A DNA stretch of 64,000 bases from the NCBI RefSeq assembly GCF_030684315.1, contig NC_081365.1, positions 32,081,394-32,145,393 of the forward strand, in the 5' to 3' direction. This DNA comes from Stegostoma tigrinum. Taxonomy: Eukaryota. The notes beneath the pieces were generated by a model, which had not been told where the DNA came from, made no database searches, and saw only the letters and a program-made list of their open reading frames with translations. Within the stretch, counting starts at the first letter, position 1. Each line of letters opens with the position of its first letter. The position numbers and the translations under genes were made by a program. Positions 51,801 to 62,958 of the stretch are shown here, piece after piece.

Positions 51801-52964
51801 CTTTGCCTTTAAACATTGTGTTAGTCTTTATAGCTTGAGGATGGGAGCTCAGTTACAGGAAGCCTTGCTTCAAATGAAATGGGGTTAGGCAGTGATAGTC
51901 ACAAGAAGCAATTCATAAACTGTATTTGTTCAAAAAGAATATGTTGCAGATCCAACTTGGGATAAGGCTATTTTGGATCTTGTGATATGTCATGTGGCGG
52001 CTTTAATAAGTGATATCAGAGTAAAAGAACCCTGATGAAATCATGATCATAACATGGTAGCAAATAGCATTCAGTCTGAGAAGGAGGAACCTGGCTTAGA
52101 AGCAATTGTGTTAAGCTTAAATAAACTGCATTACAAAAGAATGAAGACAGAATTAGCTAGAGTAGATGGCAAAGAAATTTACCAACAAAGATAGTTGAGG
52201 AACAATGATGGAGAATTAAGAAACTAGCTCTTATCTCACAACAAAAATGTATCCCATTGAGAGAGAAAGATTATAGGAATACGATAAGTCAATTATGGTT
52301 AATGGGGGCAGTGAAGGATAGCATCAAGTTGAAAGAAGAAAAACATAGAAAAGTGGCAAAGATTAGTATTAAGCCAAAGGATTGAGAAAGTTGCAAAAAC
52401 CAAAAGCAAAGGGAAAAGATGAGAGTAAGCTTGCAAGTGACATGAAGATTGGCAGTAAAACACTCTTTAAATTCATAAAAAGGAAGAGAAAGTCAGAATA
52501 AATATATGTTCCTTAGGAACAAGGCTGGGAACTAATGACGGGGATCCAGAAATGGCAGAGGAATTAAATAAATACTTTGTATCAGTCTTTATAGTGAAAG
52601 ATGCTACAAAACTACTGAAGCAAAATCAAGGAGCAATCGGAAGAAAGGAAATAAATACAATAACAATCGCTAGAGGTAAAGTACTAGGGAAACAAATTGG
52701 CTAAAGACATATAAATGCCCTGGACCTAATGTGAAGCATCCTAAGATATTAAAGGAAGTAACAGAGGTAGTTGCTGTGCTGGTAATAATCTTCCAAGAAT
52801 CCTTAGATTCTGAAAAAGTCCCAAAGGATTGGAAAGCAACAATACAAAAATACTTAAAGAGGGAAAGAGATGTTAAAAAGTTAACTACAAGCCAGTTAGC
52901 TTAACATCAAGAAAATATAGGAGTCTATTACAAAATATATAACAACCGAATATTTGTAAATATA

Positions 52965-53305
52965 GGAGAGGCGATTGCCTAGTGGTATTATTGCTAGGCT
53001 GCTAAACCAGAGACTCCAGGTAACCTTCTGGGGACCCAGGTTCAAGTCCTGTCATGGCAGATGGTGGAATTTGAATTCAATAAAATATCTGGAATTAAGA
53101 ATCTACCAATGACCATGAAAAGTACCATGTCAGGAAAAACCCACCTGGCTCACTAATGCCCTTTAGGGAAGGAAATTGCTGGCCTGCATGTGAGTCCAGA
53201 CCCACAGCAATGTGGTTGACTCTGAACTGCCCTCTGGGCAATTAGAGATGGGCATTAAATGCTGCCTGGCCAGCAGGGCCCTCATCCCATTAATGAATTT
53301 TTAAA
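52965..53305 (+). mobile_element. tRNA-derived SINE, second family (near full length)
   Basis: A/B-box head (gattgcctagtggt...ggttcaagtcc), conserved core, LINE-like tail; copies at 53499-53822, 57356-57632 and 58946-59385 (-). Confidence 0.8.
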
Positions 53306-53498
53306 AATGTAATCAAACAGGATCAGCATGTCTTCATGAAGGGAAAATCATGCCTGACAAATTTAATAGAATATTTTGATGAGATAGTAAACAGGACATG
53401 TAAAGAAAAAGCAGTAGGTCTAATATATTTGGATTTCTAGAAGGCATTTGGTAAGGTGCTACATATTAGTCTACTTAAAGAAACTAAATAAAAGTCTT

Positions 53499-53822
53499 GG
53501 GAGGTGATGGCCCAGTAATATTTTTAACAGACCATTAATCCAGAAATTCAACTAATGTTCTAGGGACATGGGTTCGAATCCCACTACTGCAGATGTTGGA
53601 ATTTGAATTCAATACAAAATATCCTGGAATTAAGAGTCTAATAATGACCACAAAATCATTGTTGAAAAACCCATCTGGTTCACTAATGCTGTTTCAAGAA
53701 GGAAACTGCCATCGTGTGACTACATGTGACTCTAGACCCACAACAAAATGGTTGACTCTGCGCAATTAGGGATGCACAATAAATGCTGGCCTAGCCAGAG
53801 ACCTCCATATCCTGTGAATAAA
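53499..53822 (+). mobile_element. tRNA-derived SINE, second family
   Basis: Homologous to 52965-53305; B box GGTTCGAATCC. Confidence 0.8.
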
Positions 53823-54179
53823 GAGGGAAATCCAATGGTACTGGAGGGAGTGGCATGGATAAAGTGTAGAAGGCAGTGAGTTACGATAAGGCGGGAGTTT
53901 TCAAGATGGCAAACTGTAAGTAATGGAATGCTACAAGGATCATCACTGGGGCCATAGTTACTTGCCACATAGATTCATTATTTGAAAGGGAATGTACTAT
54001 AGTGAATTTGTGGATGACACAAAAATCGGTGGAAAGCCATGTAGTGAGATAAGTAAACAGAGGGAATAAGCAGGTTAAGCAACTGGGCAAACATTTGGCA
54101 GATAAAATATAATGTGGAAAAATGCAAAGTTATGCACTTTGATTGGTAGAAAAGAGGAACAGAACACTATTTAAATGGA

Positions 54180-54324
54180 TAACAAAGTGTGAGGCTGGAT
54201 GAACACAGCAGGCCAAGCAGCATCTCAGGAGCACAAAAGCTGACGTTTCGGGCCTAGACCCTTCAAAAGATCCAGCTTCACACTTTGTTATCTTGGATTG
54301 TCCAGCATCTGTAGTTCCCATTGT
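54180..54324. mobile_element. Penelope-like terminal repeat, inverted pair
   Basis: 15-bp TSD CACTATTTAAATGGA at 54165-54179 and 54325-54339; - arm then + arm. Confidence 0.88.
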
Positions 54325-55735
54325 CACTATTTAAATGGAGACAGATGGCAGAAAGCTTCGGCACAGAGGGATTTGAGAGTACTTGTCCATGAATCACATA
54401 AATATTCAGCAGGTAACATAGAAGGAAATGGAATATTAATCTTAATTTTCAAAGCAATAAAGCATGCAAATGGAGAGCATTTGCAATAAATATCCAAGGT
54501 ACTAGTTAAGCCCACGAGGAATACTATTAATAATTTGGCACCCTCTTATCTAACGAAAGATATACTGACATTGGAGGTAGCTTAAAGAAAGTTCATTATG
54601 TTGTTATCTGGTATGGAAGGATTGTATTATGAGGAGATACTCAGCAAATTGATCTTGTACTCATTGGAGCTTAGAAGAATGAGATGTGACCTTATTGAAA
54701 TACACAAGTTTCTTAGGGACTAACAGAGTAGATGCAGAGAGATTTTTACAACTTGTGGGAGAATTTAGGACCAGAGCACATAATAAGGGGATACCCAATT
54801 GAGACAGAAATTAATAGAAATGTCTTCTCTCAGAGTGTAGTGAAACTGTGGAACTTTTTGCACCAGAGGGCTGTCAAGGCTGGGTCATTAAATATATTTG
54901 AAGTGAGACAGATAGATTTTTAATCAATAAGGTGATCAAGTGTTGTGGTTAGAAGAGGGGAAGCAGAGTTGAGGATTATCATATTAGTCTTGGTCTCATT
55001 GTATGGCTGAGCAGGCCAAATGGGCTGAATAGCCTACTACTGTCCCTATGTCTAATGCTCTTATGGTAAATTGTCTAGGTTACTGGTGAGACTGTACTTG
55101 GAGTGTTGTGTACTGTTCAGGTGCCTTTGCTTAAGGGAGTTATGTAGAGGGCATTCGATAGAGATTCACCAGCCTGTTAGCAAGGAAGGTGGGTCAATCA
55201 TATGAGGAAAGATAGAGGAAATTGGGCCTGTATTTTCTGGAGTTTATAAGAAAGATTTTATGAAATTACTAACTTCTTATAGGGACAGACAGAGTGGATG
55301 CTTCCGTTGGCTGTGTGGTCTCACTGTGGGGACAAGCCATTTAGGACTGAGATGAGGAGGAATTTCTTCACTTGGAGGGTGATATTCTCCAGCTGAGAGG
55401 GCACAAAAGTAAGTTCAAGAGAGACTTTGATAGATTTCTAGTTACCAATGATGTTAAAGATGTGGGCAGATTGTGAGGTATTAAGGAAGATGATTAACCA
55501 TGATCTAGAATAGCAGAGCAGGCTTGAGGGGCTGAATGGCTTACTCCTGCTACTATGTTTCAATGCAATCTACAATATATCCAATTCCATTTACTTCTTT
55601 TCAGGAAAAGAGATTCATAATGTCTTTATATTGACTCAATTCACTGAACTACAAACTACACCCAGCTACATGATTCATTCAGTACTGGTCAGAAATAATA
55701 TATTGTTAATCATTTTTGTTTTTTAATTTCTTCAG

Positions 55736-56095
55736 TGTGGAGCAAAAAACTAACAGTATTCCAAACACCATCAGAGATCAGAGCACTGAAGCGGGACAAC
55801 GTACAAATAAATTGTTCATACAGTGACACAGTTGAACAGTTCCGGATTATGTGGAAGCGTAACACCAGTACACAATTATTCTGCTATCACATGGAAAATA
55901 AATTTAATTTTTCTTCTATCACGCATTGCACAGAACGTGCTAACATTACGGTGGACTCCTCAGCAAAATCCTCATCTTTAATAATCCACAATCTTCATTT
56001 AAGTGATGCTGACACTTACTTCTGTCAGGTTGATTTTGAAATTCCTCCTCCTTCACAATCAGCAAGAGGTAAAGGTACACGCATTACAGTGGAAG
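55736..56095 (+). CDS. Ig V-set exon with germline-joined J-like G strand; CD28/CTLA4/CD28H/NKp30-like
   Basis: Pyrimidine-rich acceptor ttcag| and donor GAAG|GTGAGT, both phase 1; INC...IMW...DADTYFC...RGKGTRITVE; extra Cys pair (LFC, THC); EIPPP loop. Confidence 0.93.
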
Positions 56096-56150
56096 GTGAG
56101 TTTAATACAGCCACAACTCAAAAAACATCACAGTTTTACCATTCAGGACA

Positions 56151-56353
56151 GTAAGAACTGCAGATGCTGGAGTCAAAGATAACACAGTGTGGAGCTGGAG
56201 GAACTCAGCAGGCCAGGCAGCATCAGAGGAGCAGGAAAGTTGACATTTCAAGTCGAGATCATAAAGTTTTCTGAAGAAAGATCCTGACCTGAAACGTTAA
56301 CTTTCCTTATCGTCTGATGCTGCCAGTGTTCCTCCAGCTCCACACTGTGTTAT
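56151..56353. mobile_element. Penelope-like terminal repeat, inverted pair, 55 bp downstream of the V exon
   Basis: gataacacagtgtggagctggaggaac mirrored by gttcctccagctccacactgtgttatc; degenerate core CTGAAGA..GAAACGTT. Confidence 0.75.
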
Positions 56354-57355
56354 CACAGTGTTGTCATTCCTCAGGTTCTAGATGTTTTCTGACCAACCTT
56401 TTCAGAAATGTTACTATGAAACTCTTGAGCAGGTGGGGTTTTAATCCTTGCTGCCTGGTTCTGAGAGAGAGAGGCTGGTCCTAAGCTTTATACATCATCA
56501 ACAACAATTCTCGATATATTGTGTTACAGAGTTAGGAGATTACACCAATAACAATGTATGTTTATGTAGCACCTTAAACATCTTAAGCCACTTCATAAGA
56601 GAACTTCCAGAGCAAATTTTACAGGCAGTAGGTATTAGGCCAGATGTGCAAAAACTTGATTAAAGATGATATATAAAGGGAAGACTTAAAGGAAGAGAGG
56701 GGTGGGGGTGCTTGAACAGACAGTGAGTGAGGTACTGAAAAACAGAACTTCAGGGTTTGCATCTGAAGGGTCAGAAATAAATTTGGAGTGTTGAAATCTG
56801 GGAATGCAGAAAAGGCCAGAATTAGAGCAACATTGATACTTTGACTGTGGTGGAGATTACATGGATAGAAAGTTAAAGTTATACGCGGATTTGAAAATGG
56901 CTAAGAATTTCAAAATTGAGGGAATTCTGCACTGGAGTCCAATAGAATTGAGAGGGCATATGGGATGGGTGAGCGGAACTGGATCTATATCAGAACAACA
57001 GACTTTTGGATGAGGCGAAATTTACACAGAGGGTAAGGGAAGGGGCTAGGCAAGACAAAATTCGAAAAAAGCCGTAAGATATAGGAGTAAGAGCAGGCCA
57101 TTTGGCCCCTCAATTCTTCTCCACATTCAAAAAATGATATCTGATCTGAAAATATCCTTAATTATTCAGTCAATGGTCCAGTCTCCACTGTTTCCCTGAG
57201 AAGGTAATTCTAAAGACAGTAATTTTAGCCTCCCAACATTAACCCTATTTCTCTCCATAGATGCTGCCAGACCTGCTGACTTCCTTCAGCATTCTCTGTG
57301 TTTGTTCCAAACACTAACAACCCTCTGAGGGAAAAAAATTCCTTCACCTGATGTG

Positions 57356-57632
57356 GGGAGGCAATGGCCTAGTGGTATTATCTCTGCACTGTTAATCCAG
57401 AGACCCAGGTAACATTCTAGGGGCCTGAGTTCAAATCTCACCATGGCAGATGGTGGAATTTGAATTCAATAAATATCTCGGATTAACAGTTTAATGATGA
57501 CGATGAATCCTTTGCTGATTGTGGGTAAGAAAACCCAACTGGTTCACTAATGCCCTGGTCTGACCTACATGTGACTCCAGATCCATAAATGCTGCCCTAG
57601 CCAGTGATGCCTTCATCCCATGAATGAATAAA
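57356..57632 (+). mobile_element. tRNA-derived SINE, second family
   Basis: Homologous to 52965-53305. Confidence 0.78.
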
Positions 57633-57643
57633 GGACTTCATAA

Positions 57644-57952
57644 CTATAGAAGCCCTACAGTGTGGGAGCAAGCCATTCAGCCCACCAAGTCCACATGGAC
57701 CCTCCGAAGAGTGTCCAACCGCCCTACCCTAACCTATCCTTGCATTTCCCATGGCTAACCCACCTAGCCTGAACAGTATGGGCAATTTAGCATGGCCGAT
57801 CCACCTAACCTGCACATCTGTTGGAGGAAGCAGGAGCACCTGGAGGAAACCCAAGCCGACGCAGGGAGAATGTGCAAACTCCACACGGACAGTCACCCAA
57901 TGCTGGAATCAAACCCTAGTGCCTTGAGGCAGCAACGCTGACCACAGAGCCA
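57644..57952 (-). mobile_element. HE1-type V-SINE
   Basis: Homologous to 36176-36528. Confidence 0.82.
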
Positions 57953-58731
57953 CCTCCACCTTAATTTGAAACTCCCTTATTTTTGAACTGTGCCTTTTAG
58001 ACCTTTACTCCCCCATGACAGGAAACATCCTCCTAGCACACTGGATTAGTTAAGGCAATTAGTAACAAGAGAACAGAGGAGTGTTTCAGAAACATGTTTC
58101 ACGGAATCACATGTAATAGATTCCAATAACATGATAGCAAGAAGAGTCTACAGTTCCCCATTACTTTCTCCAGAACCACGACTCAACCCAAAAACAGTAA
58201 TGTGCCAACCAATCGACACTATTTTCTGTTGTCTAACAAGTTGACGTATGCCATTCTTGTTTTTGCCCTGAAAAGAGCAAGTTAAAAAGTTTTGATAATA
58301 TTTCTCACTTTACAAAAATATTCGACACCTGCGCTATTATGCAAATGTCCAATACCATCCTCAACTCCTCAGATACTGAAGCAGTCCATGTCTCATTTAA
58401 CAAAATGTGGACTACGTTCAGATTGGACTGATAAGAAAGATTTGTGTCATACAAGTGTCAGGAAATATACAACAGGAGAGAATCTAACATCTTCACTTGA
58501 CATTCAATGGCATTACCATCACTGAATCTCCTACCATCAATATCCTGGGGGTTATCATTGACCAGAAACTGAACTGGATTCACCACATAAATAATGTAGC
58601 TACAAGAGCCGACCTACATTTGGGCTCTCTGAGCCAAATAACTCCTCAAAGATTCCTCAAAGACTATCCAACATATACATGGCCCAAGTCAAGGATGAAT
58701 TACTCTGCATCTTCTTAGACATGTGCTGCTA

Positions 58732-58905
58732 TAGACATTTTCGTTACTTACTGCAGTGCATCTTGTAGACAGCACACGCTGCTGGACACAGTGATTGATG
58801 AAAGGTGGCTTGATCTGCACTCTATCCACCAAGTTTCATCAATCACTGTGTCCAGCAGTGTGTACCATCCACAAGATGCACTGCAGTAAGTAACCAAAAT
58901 GTCTA
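58732..58905. repeat. Fold-back inverted duplication inside a LINE remnant
   Basis: 72-bp arms 58732-58803 and 58834-58905 with 6 mismatches and a 30-nt spacer. Confidence 0.88.
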
Positions 58906-58945
58906 CACCAGTGCCTTCCATTACATCTGCTACTTAGAGGAGCAA

Positions 58946-59385
58946 GGGCAGCCGGTCTTTTTTTAAATTCATTCATGGGACGTGGATGTCACTGGACAGA
59001 CCAGTATTTATTGCCCATTCCTAAATGCCTAGAGGGCAGTTAAGAGTCACCCATTCTGTGTATGGAGCCACATGTGAGCTAAGTCAAGTGAAGATGGCAG
59101 TTTCTTTTCCTAAAGAACCAGATGAGTTTTGCTGACAATCAGCAATCATTGCAGGGTCATCATTAGAGCCTTAATCCAAAACAAATTCTACCCTTTTCTG
59201 ACGAAGGGTCAATGCCCGAAATGTCAGCTTTTGTGCTCCTAAGATGCTGCTTGGCCTGCTGTGTTCATCCAGCTCCACACTTTGTTATCTGCCATTTGCA
59301 TTGTTAGATTTGAACCTGCATCTCCTGGACATTACCTAGGCCTGTGAACTCACAGTCTAGTGATAGTATCACTACGCCATCACCA
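58946..59385 (-). mobile_element. Second-family SINE interrupted by a Penelope-like repeat (~59195-59290, +)
   Basis: SINE homology on both sides; insert has the core CTGACGAAGGGTCAATGCCCGAAATGTC. Confidence 0.72.
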
Positions 59386-60245
59386 TCCCTAGAGTGTAGG
59401 AGAACATCTCCACCATAGGTGAGGTTCCTTCCAACTAAGGACAACCCTGACTGGAGGTATACCATCATTCCTTCATTGTCAAATTCCTGAAACTCCTTCT
59501 TAACAGCACTATGGCTGTGCCACCAACACCACATGGACAACTCACAGCCAGCTCCATCAGTACAATTAGGGACGGACAATAAACATTCACCTTGCCAATG
59601 ATTCCCATGGATAAGCTTGCATTTTATAGATCCCCAAACAACCATTATGAAGATTCAGGATGGAGGTGGCCACAATTATGAGGAATATTTGGTAGATAGA
59701 TAGAAAATGTTTCCATTGCCAAACGGGTCAGCAACAAAACAATATAGATTTAAAATATTGGAAAAATCAAAGGTTTTGACAGTGAGTGGTCAGTATTTCA
59801 TGCCCATTGTATGAATTGTGGTGTGGAGGAGGCAGATTTGCCTCTGGCTTTCAAAATGGCAATGTATGAGTGCCAGGAGGAAAACAAAATGCAGGGCACT
59901 AGGAAAGGAATGATGACATGGGACGAGCTGAATTGTTTTTACGGGGAACTGGCTGGGCTGAAAGGCCTCCTCCAAACCCACCTCTTGCCAGTTTCAGACG
60001 GGTAGATTGCTTACCAATTTTCATGCTCAACTGAAAATTGTACCAAGCGGGTCTTTAGGCAACAACTGACCTATGATACCAGCCCTCCCTGATTTGCAGT
60101 TGGTAGCCTTTTGTTTATCAGATACACTCATTGTCGACAGTTCAAAGTTTCTCATTGTGGATCTAAACTCTTGAGATTATTTGATTCAAACTTACAAACA
60201 GACTGAAGTGTAGAACTCTAATAACATGTTACAATTGATTTTCAG

Positions 60246-60551
60246 CTCAGCCAACTGTCCAGTTAATTGAAAGGACTCAGCCTTACCCTAATGAATGGAG
60301 AGAGTTAATCTGCACATCACTGGAGTTCTATCCTGATGACATTCAAGTGTCCTGGTTTAAAGATGGACAGCGAATCACCAATGGCGTTAAGAATGGGACT
60401 CTCTATACTAACAGTGATGGCTCATTCTCCATCACAAGTGCCCTGAATCTTTCTGCACTTGAGCAGAATGAAACTGGAATATATTACTGTCAAGTGAACC
60501 ACTCAACTCTTTCTGCACCCACCACTAAAAGGATTCCTGTTTGTAACCAAG
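60246..60551 (+). CDS. Ig C1-set exon
   Basis: Acceptor ttttcag| and donor CAAG|GTGAAA, both phase 1; AQPTVQL...LICTSLEFYPDDIQVSWFKDG...NSDGSFSITSAL...YYCQVNHSTL...IPVCNQ has the C1 hallmarks (FYP, NxDGxF, YxCxVxH). Confidence 0.95.
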
Positions 60552-60679
60552 GTGAAAGACAGTCCATTCATTGGATTTGTTAGCAAAATCTCTGGATTCT
60601 GCAAACTGGCAGAAGTTTAAGTTGCAATTCTAATTTTCTTTTGACTGTTATGATTTGAGTAACGTTATTGCATGAATGT

Positions 60680-61720
60680 GGTACTGTTATCACTCCTGGA
60701 ATCATTCTTCACCTGTATCACCTTTCCGTGACTAAAGATCGCGAATCCTAATGTCCACAATTGGAAAAAATAACTACTTGACAATTCACTTTCAGCTATA
60801 CTTTCAAAATGCCACCTATCTAGCCTTTGCCCCTTGATTTGCGACAATATGCTCACAGCTACTGATTCACTTAACTATACCCTCACCTCCACTTTTAATA
60901 TCCTAGTCCCCAATAAGTCTATTACGTTCCGTCATCTGGAACCTGATCACCAAAATCAAGGTAAATCTATCAACAACCTCTGTCCCTTCTCTCCCTTCCA
61001 CAAACCCAGTGGGCCAAATTTTCTCCAAAGCAAGTCCAGGTGTGAGCCTTGAGCTTGCATCTTTTTTTGAGTTTCCCACCCAGCTTTCCTCAGACTCTCC
61101 CCAAACTCATCTTACAGACAAGATTCATATTGTCCTCTGTTCCTAATCACTTACTAAAGTACTAAACACATGACTTCTGTCCTGGACTCCATTTTAGCTC
61201 ATATTGCCAATGGTTCTTCCTCTCAGATTCTGTCCCTTTTTCCTGTAAGCCACACTCCTCAAAATAGAAGCTCTGAGACCACTGATCTTGCAAAGTAGAG
61301 CTGTGCCATTTCCTATGAACTGCATTTTCCTCTGAAAACCTGTTAAATAGTCCACCTCCCAAATCCGTTCCCAATTCCCAGTGCAGTTTCTTTGAAATCT
61401 CACACTTAGTTATTTGACCCTTATTCCACACTGTCATAGTATAGAAATGGCTCTTATCAGATTCAGAAATCGCATGCTACTATTAGAAAGATAAACTATT
61501 CCTCCTTTTCCTTCTCAACCTGTCTATAGCCTTAGACATCGATGGTATCATTCTCCAACAATGCCTTCCCACTATTGCTCGACTGGGTGAAATTGCACTT
61601 GCCAGGGTTCAGTTCCATCTACTAACAGCCAGGGGAATAACTATAATAGCTTCTCTTCACATTTCCACATCATTACCCTGTTGATCAAAGCTGGGCCTCC
61701 TACTATTTCTCAACTTCACC
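60680..61720 (+). mobile_element. L2 LINE RT remnant
   Basis: Degenerate HSxExALI...LLLLNLSxAxD motif at ~61430-61540. Confidence 0.55.
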
Positions 61721-61726
61721 ATCTTT

Positions 61727-62051
61727 TGGCCACACTAAATTGCCTATTGTGTCCAGGGATGAGCAGTCTTGGCGGATTACTCATGGGGAATGTCAGGGTT
61801 ACAGGGAGAGGGTAAGGAGGAGGTCTGGGCAGGATGCTCTTCAGAGGGCTGGTGTGGACTTGATAGGCCGAATGGCCAGACCACCTAACCTGCACCTCTT
61901 TTGACTGTGGGAGGAGACCAGAGCACTTTGAGAAAACCCACGCAGACACAGGAAGAATGTATAAATTCCACACAGACATTTGCCTGAGGCTGGAATCGAA
62001 GCTATTCCCTGGTATTGTGAGGTAGCAGCACTAAACACTGTGCCACCATGC
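61727..62051 (-). mobile_element. HE1-type V-SINE with its 3' half inverted
   Basis: 5' half on - strand (61879-62051), 3' half on + strand (61727-61878), with TGGCCA at both breakpoints. Confidence 0.8.
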
Positions 62052-62853
62052 TGCAATGCAAATTACCTGTTCAATTAATCTACCATCTGCTTATTTTCTA
62101 CTATAATTCCCTCAGACTCACTTGCTACAGAACCATTTTTATTATTACAGTTGGTTATTATTATTATCTATTTTCATATTTCTAGCCAGTTTCCCCTCAT
62201 ACACTCGATTTTCCCACTGATTTTTAGGTCAGTCTTTGTTGCTCTGTTATATGTTCTGTTGAAACTTCTGACCTGCTACCCATTTTTGTGCAATTATACA
62301 TATATTCTATTAAAGTTTCATACTATCTCTAACTTTTTTTAGTCATCACAGATTGTGAGTCTTAAATGGGTGCATGTGGCTAGGATATTTACTCTCACAG
62401 GAGAATGTAGAACTAGAGATTGCTGCTTCAAATTAAAGGTCACCCATTTAAGTCAGGATAAGCAGAATTCTTTTTCTCTCTCACTGAGTGTCATGGAACT
62501 CTCATCCTGAAAAAGTGGTGGATGTAGAGTCCTTGAATATTTTTAAGGGAAAAGTAAATAGATGTTTGATGAGCAGGATCATTGGGTCTATGTGCAGCAA
62601 TCAGATCAATCTTACCTTATTGATTTTCAGAGCAGCTTCTAGTGTCTGAATGTTCTACTTTTTTTCCTAATCTTATGCTTGCGTATTTGCAATTCCTTCC
62701 CCAAATTTCTGTTTCTCTACTTCCTTTTCATAATATTTCCCTTAAAAACTTCCCCTTTGACACTTAAAACAAAATGATTTAATTCTTAAGTTCTGCTTTA
62801 TGATATGTTATTTGACATAGTTTTCAATGCCTGTCCACAATAATTCTCAACAG

Positions 62854-62958
62854 GTTCTGCCAGCAACAGAGGATTGTGGATATTACCAACAGTTAGTGGC
62901 TTAATTGCGTTGATGGTGTGTGTGGTTATTGCAATATTTTGCACATGTACAATTTCAA
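62854..62958 (+). CDS. Transmembrane exon (GSASNRGLWILPTVSGLIALMVCVVIAIFCTCTIS)
   Basis: Acceptor tctcaacag| and donor TCAA|GTAAGT, both phase 1; in frame with the C1 exon; uncharged hydrophobic stretch of about 23 aa. Confidence 0.85.

Larger units (their letters stand above)
51920..55560 (+). mobile_element. CR1 ORF2 remnants with nested SINEs and a Penelope repeat
   Basis: QHVFMKGKSCLTNLIEYF and YLDFxKAFGKV motifs plus 3' UTR segments. Confidence 0.8.

Noticed and set aside
56183-56189. CACAGTG heptamer just downstream of the V exon, suggesting an RSS
   Set aside because: It lies inside a Penelope repeat, has no nonamer at 12 or 23 bp, and V and J are already joined in one exon
549-59290. 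Many near-identical ~100-bp repeats resembling an array
   Set aside because: They are dispersed, flanked by TSDs and lack regular spacers, so this is not CRISPR; the context is eukaryotic
55736-62958. Calling the gene a TCR or Ig light chain
   Set aside because: No RSS or separate J segments, no FGxG/WYxQ consensus, and no charged TM residue; no gene symbol assigned
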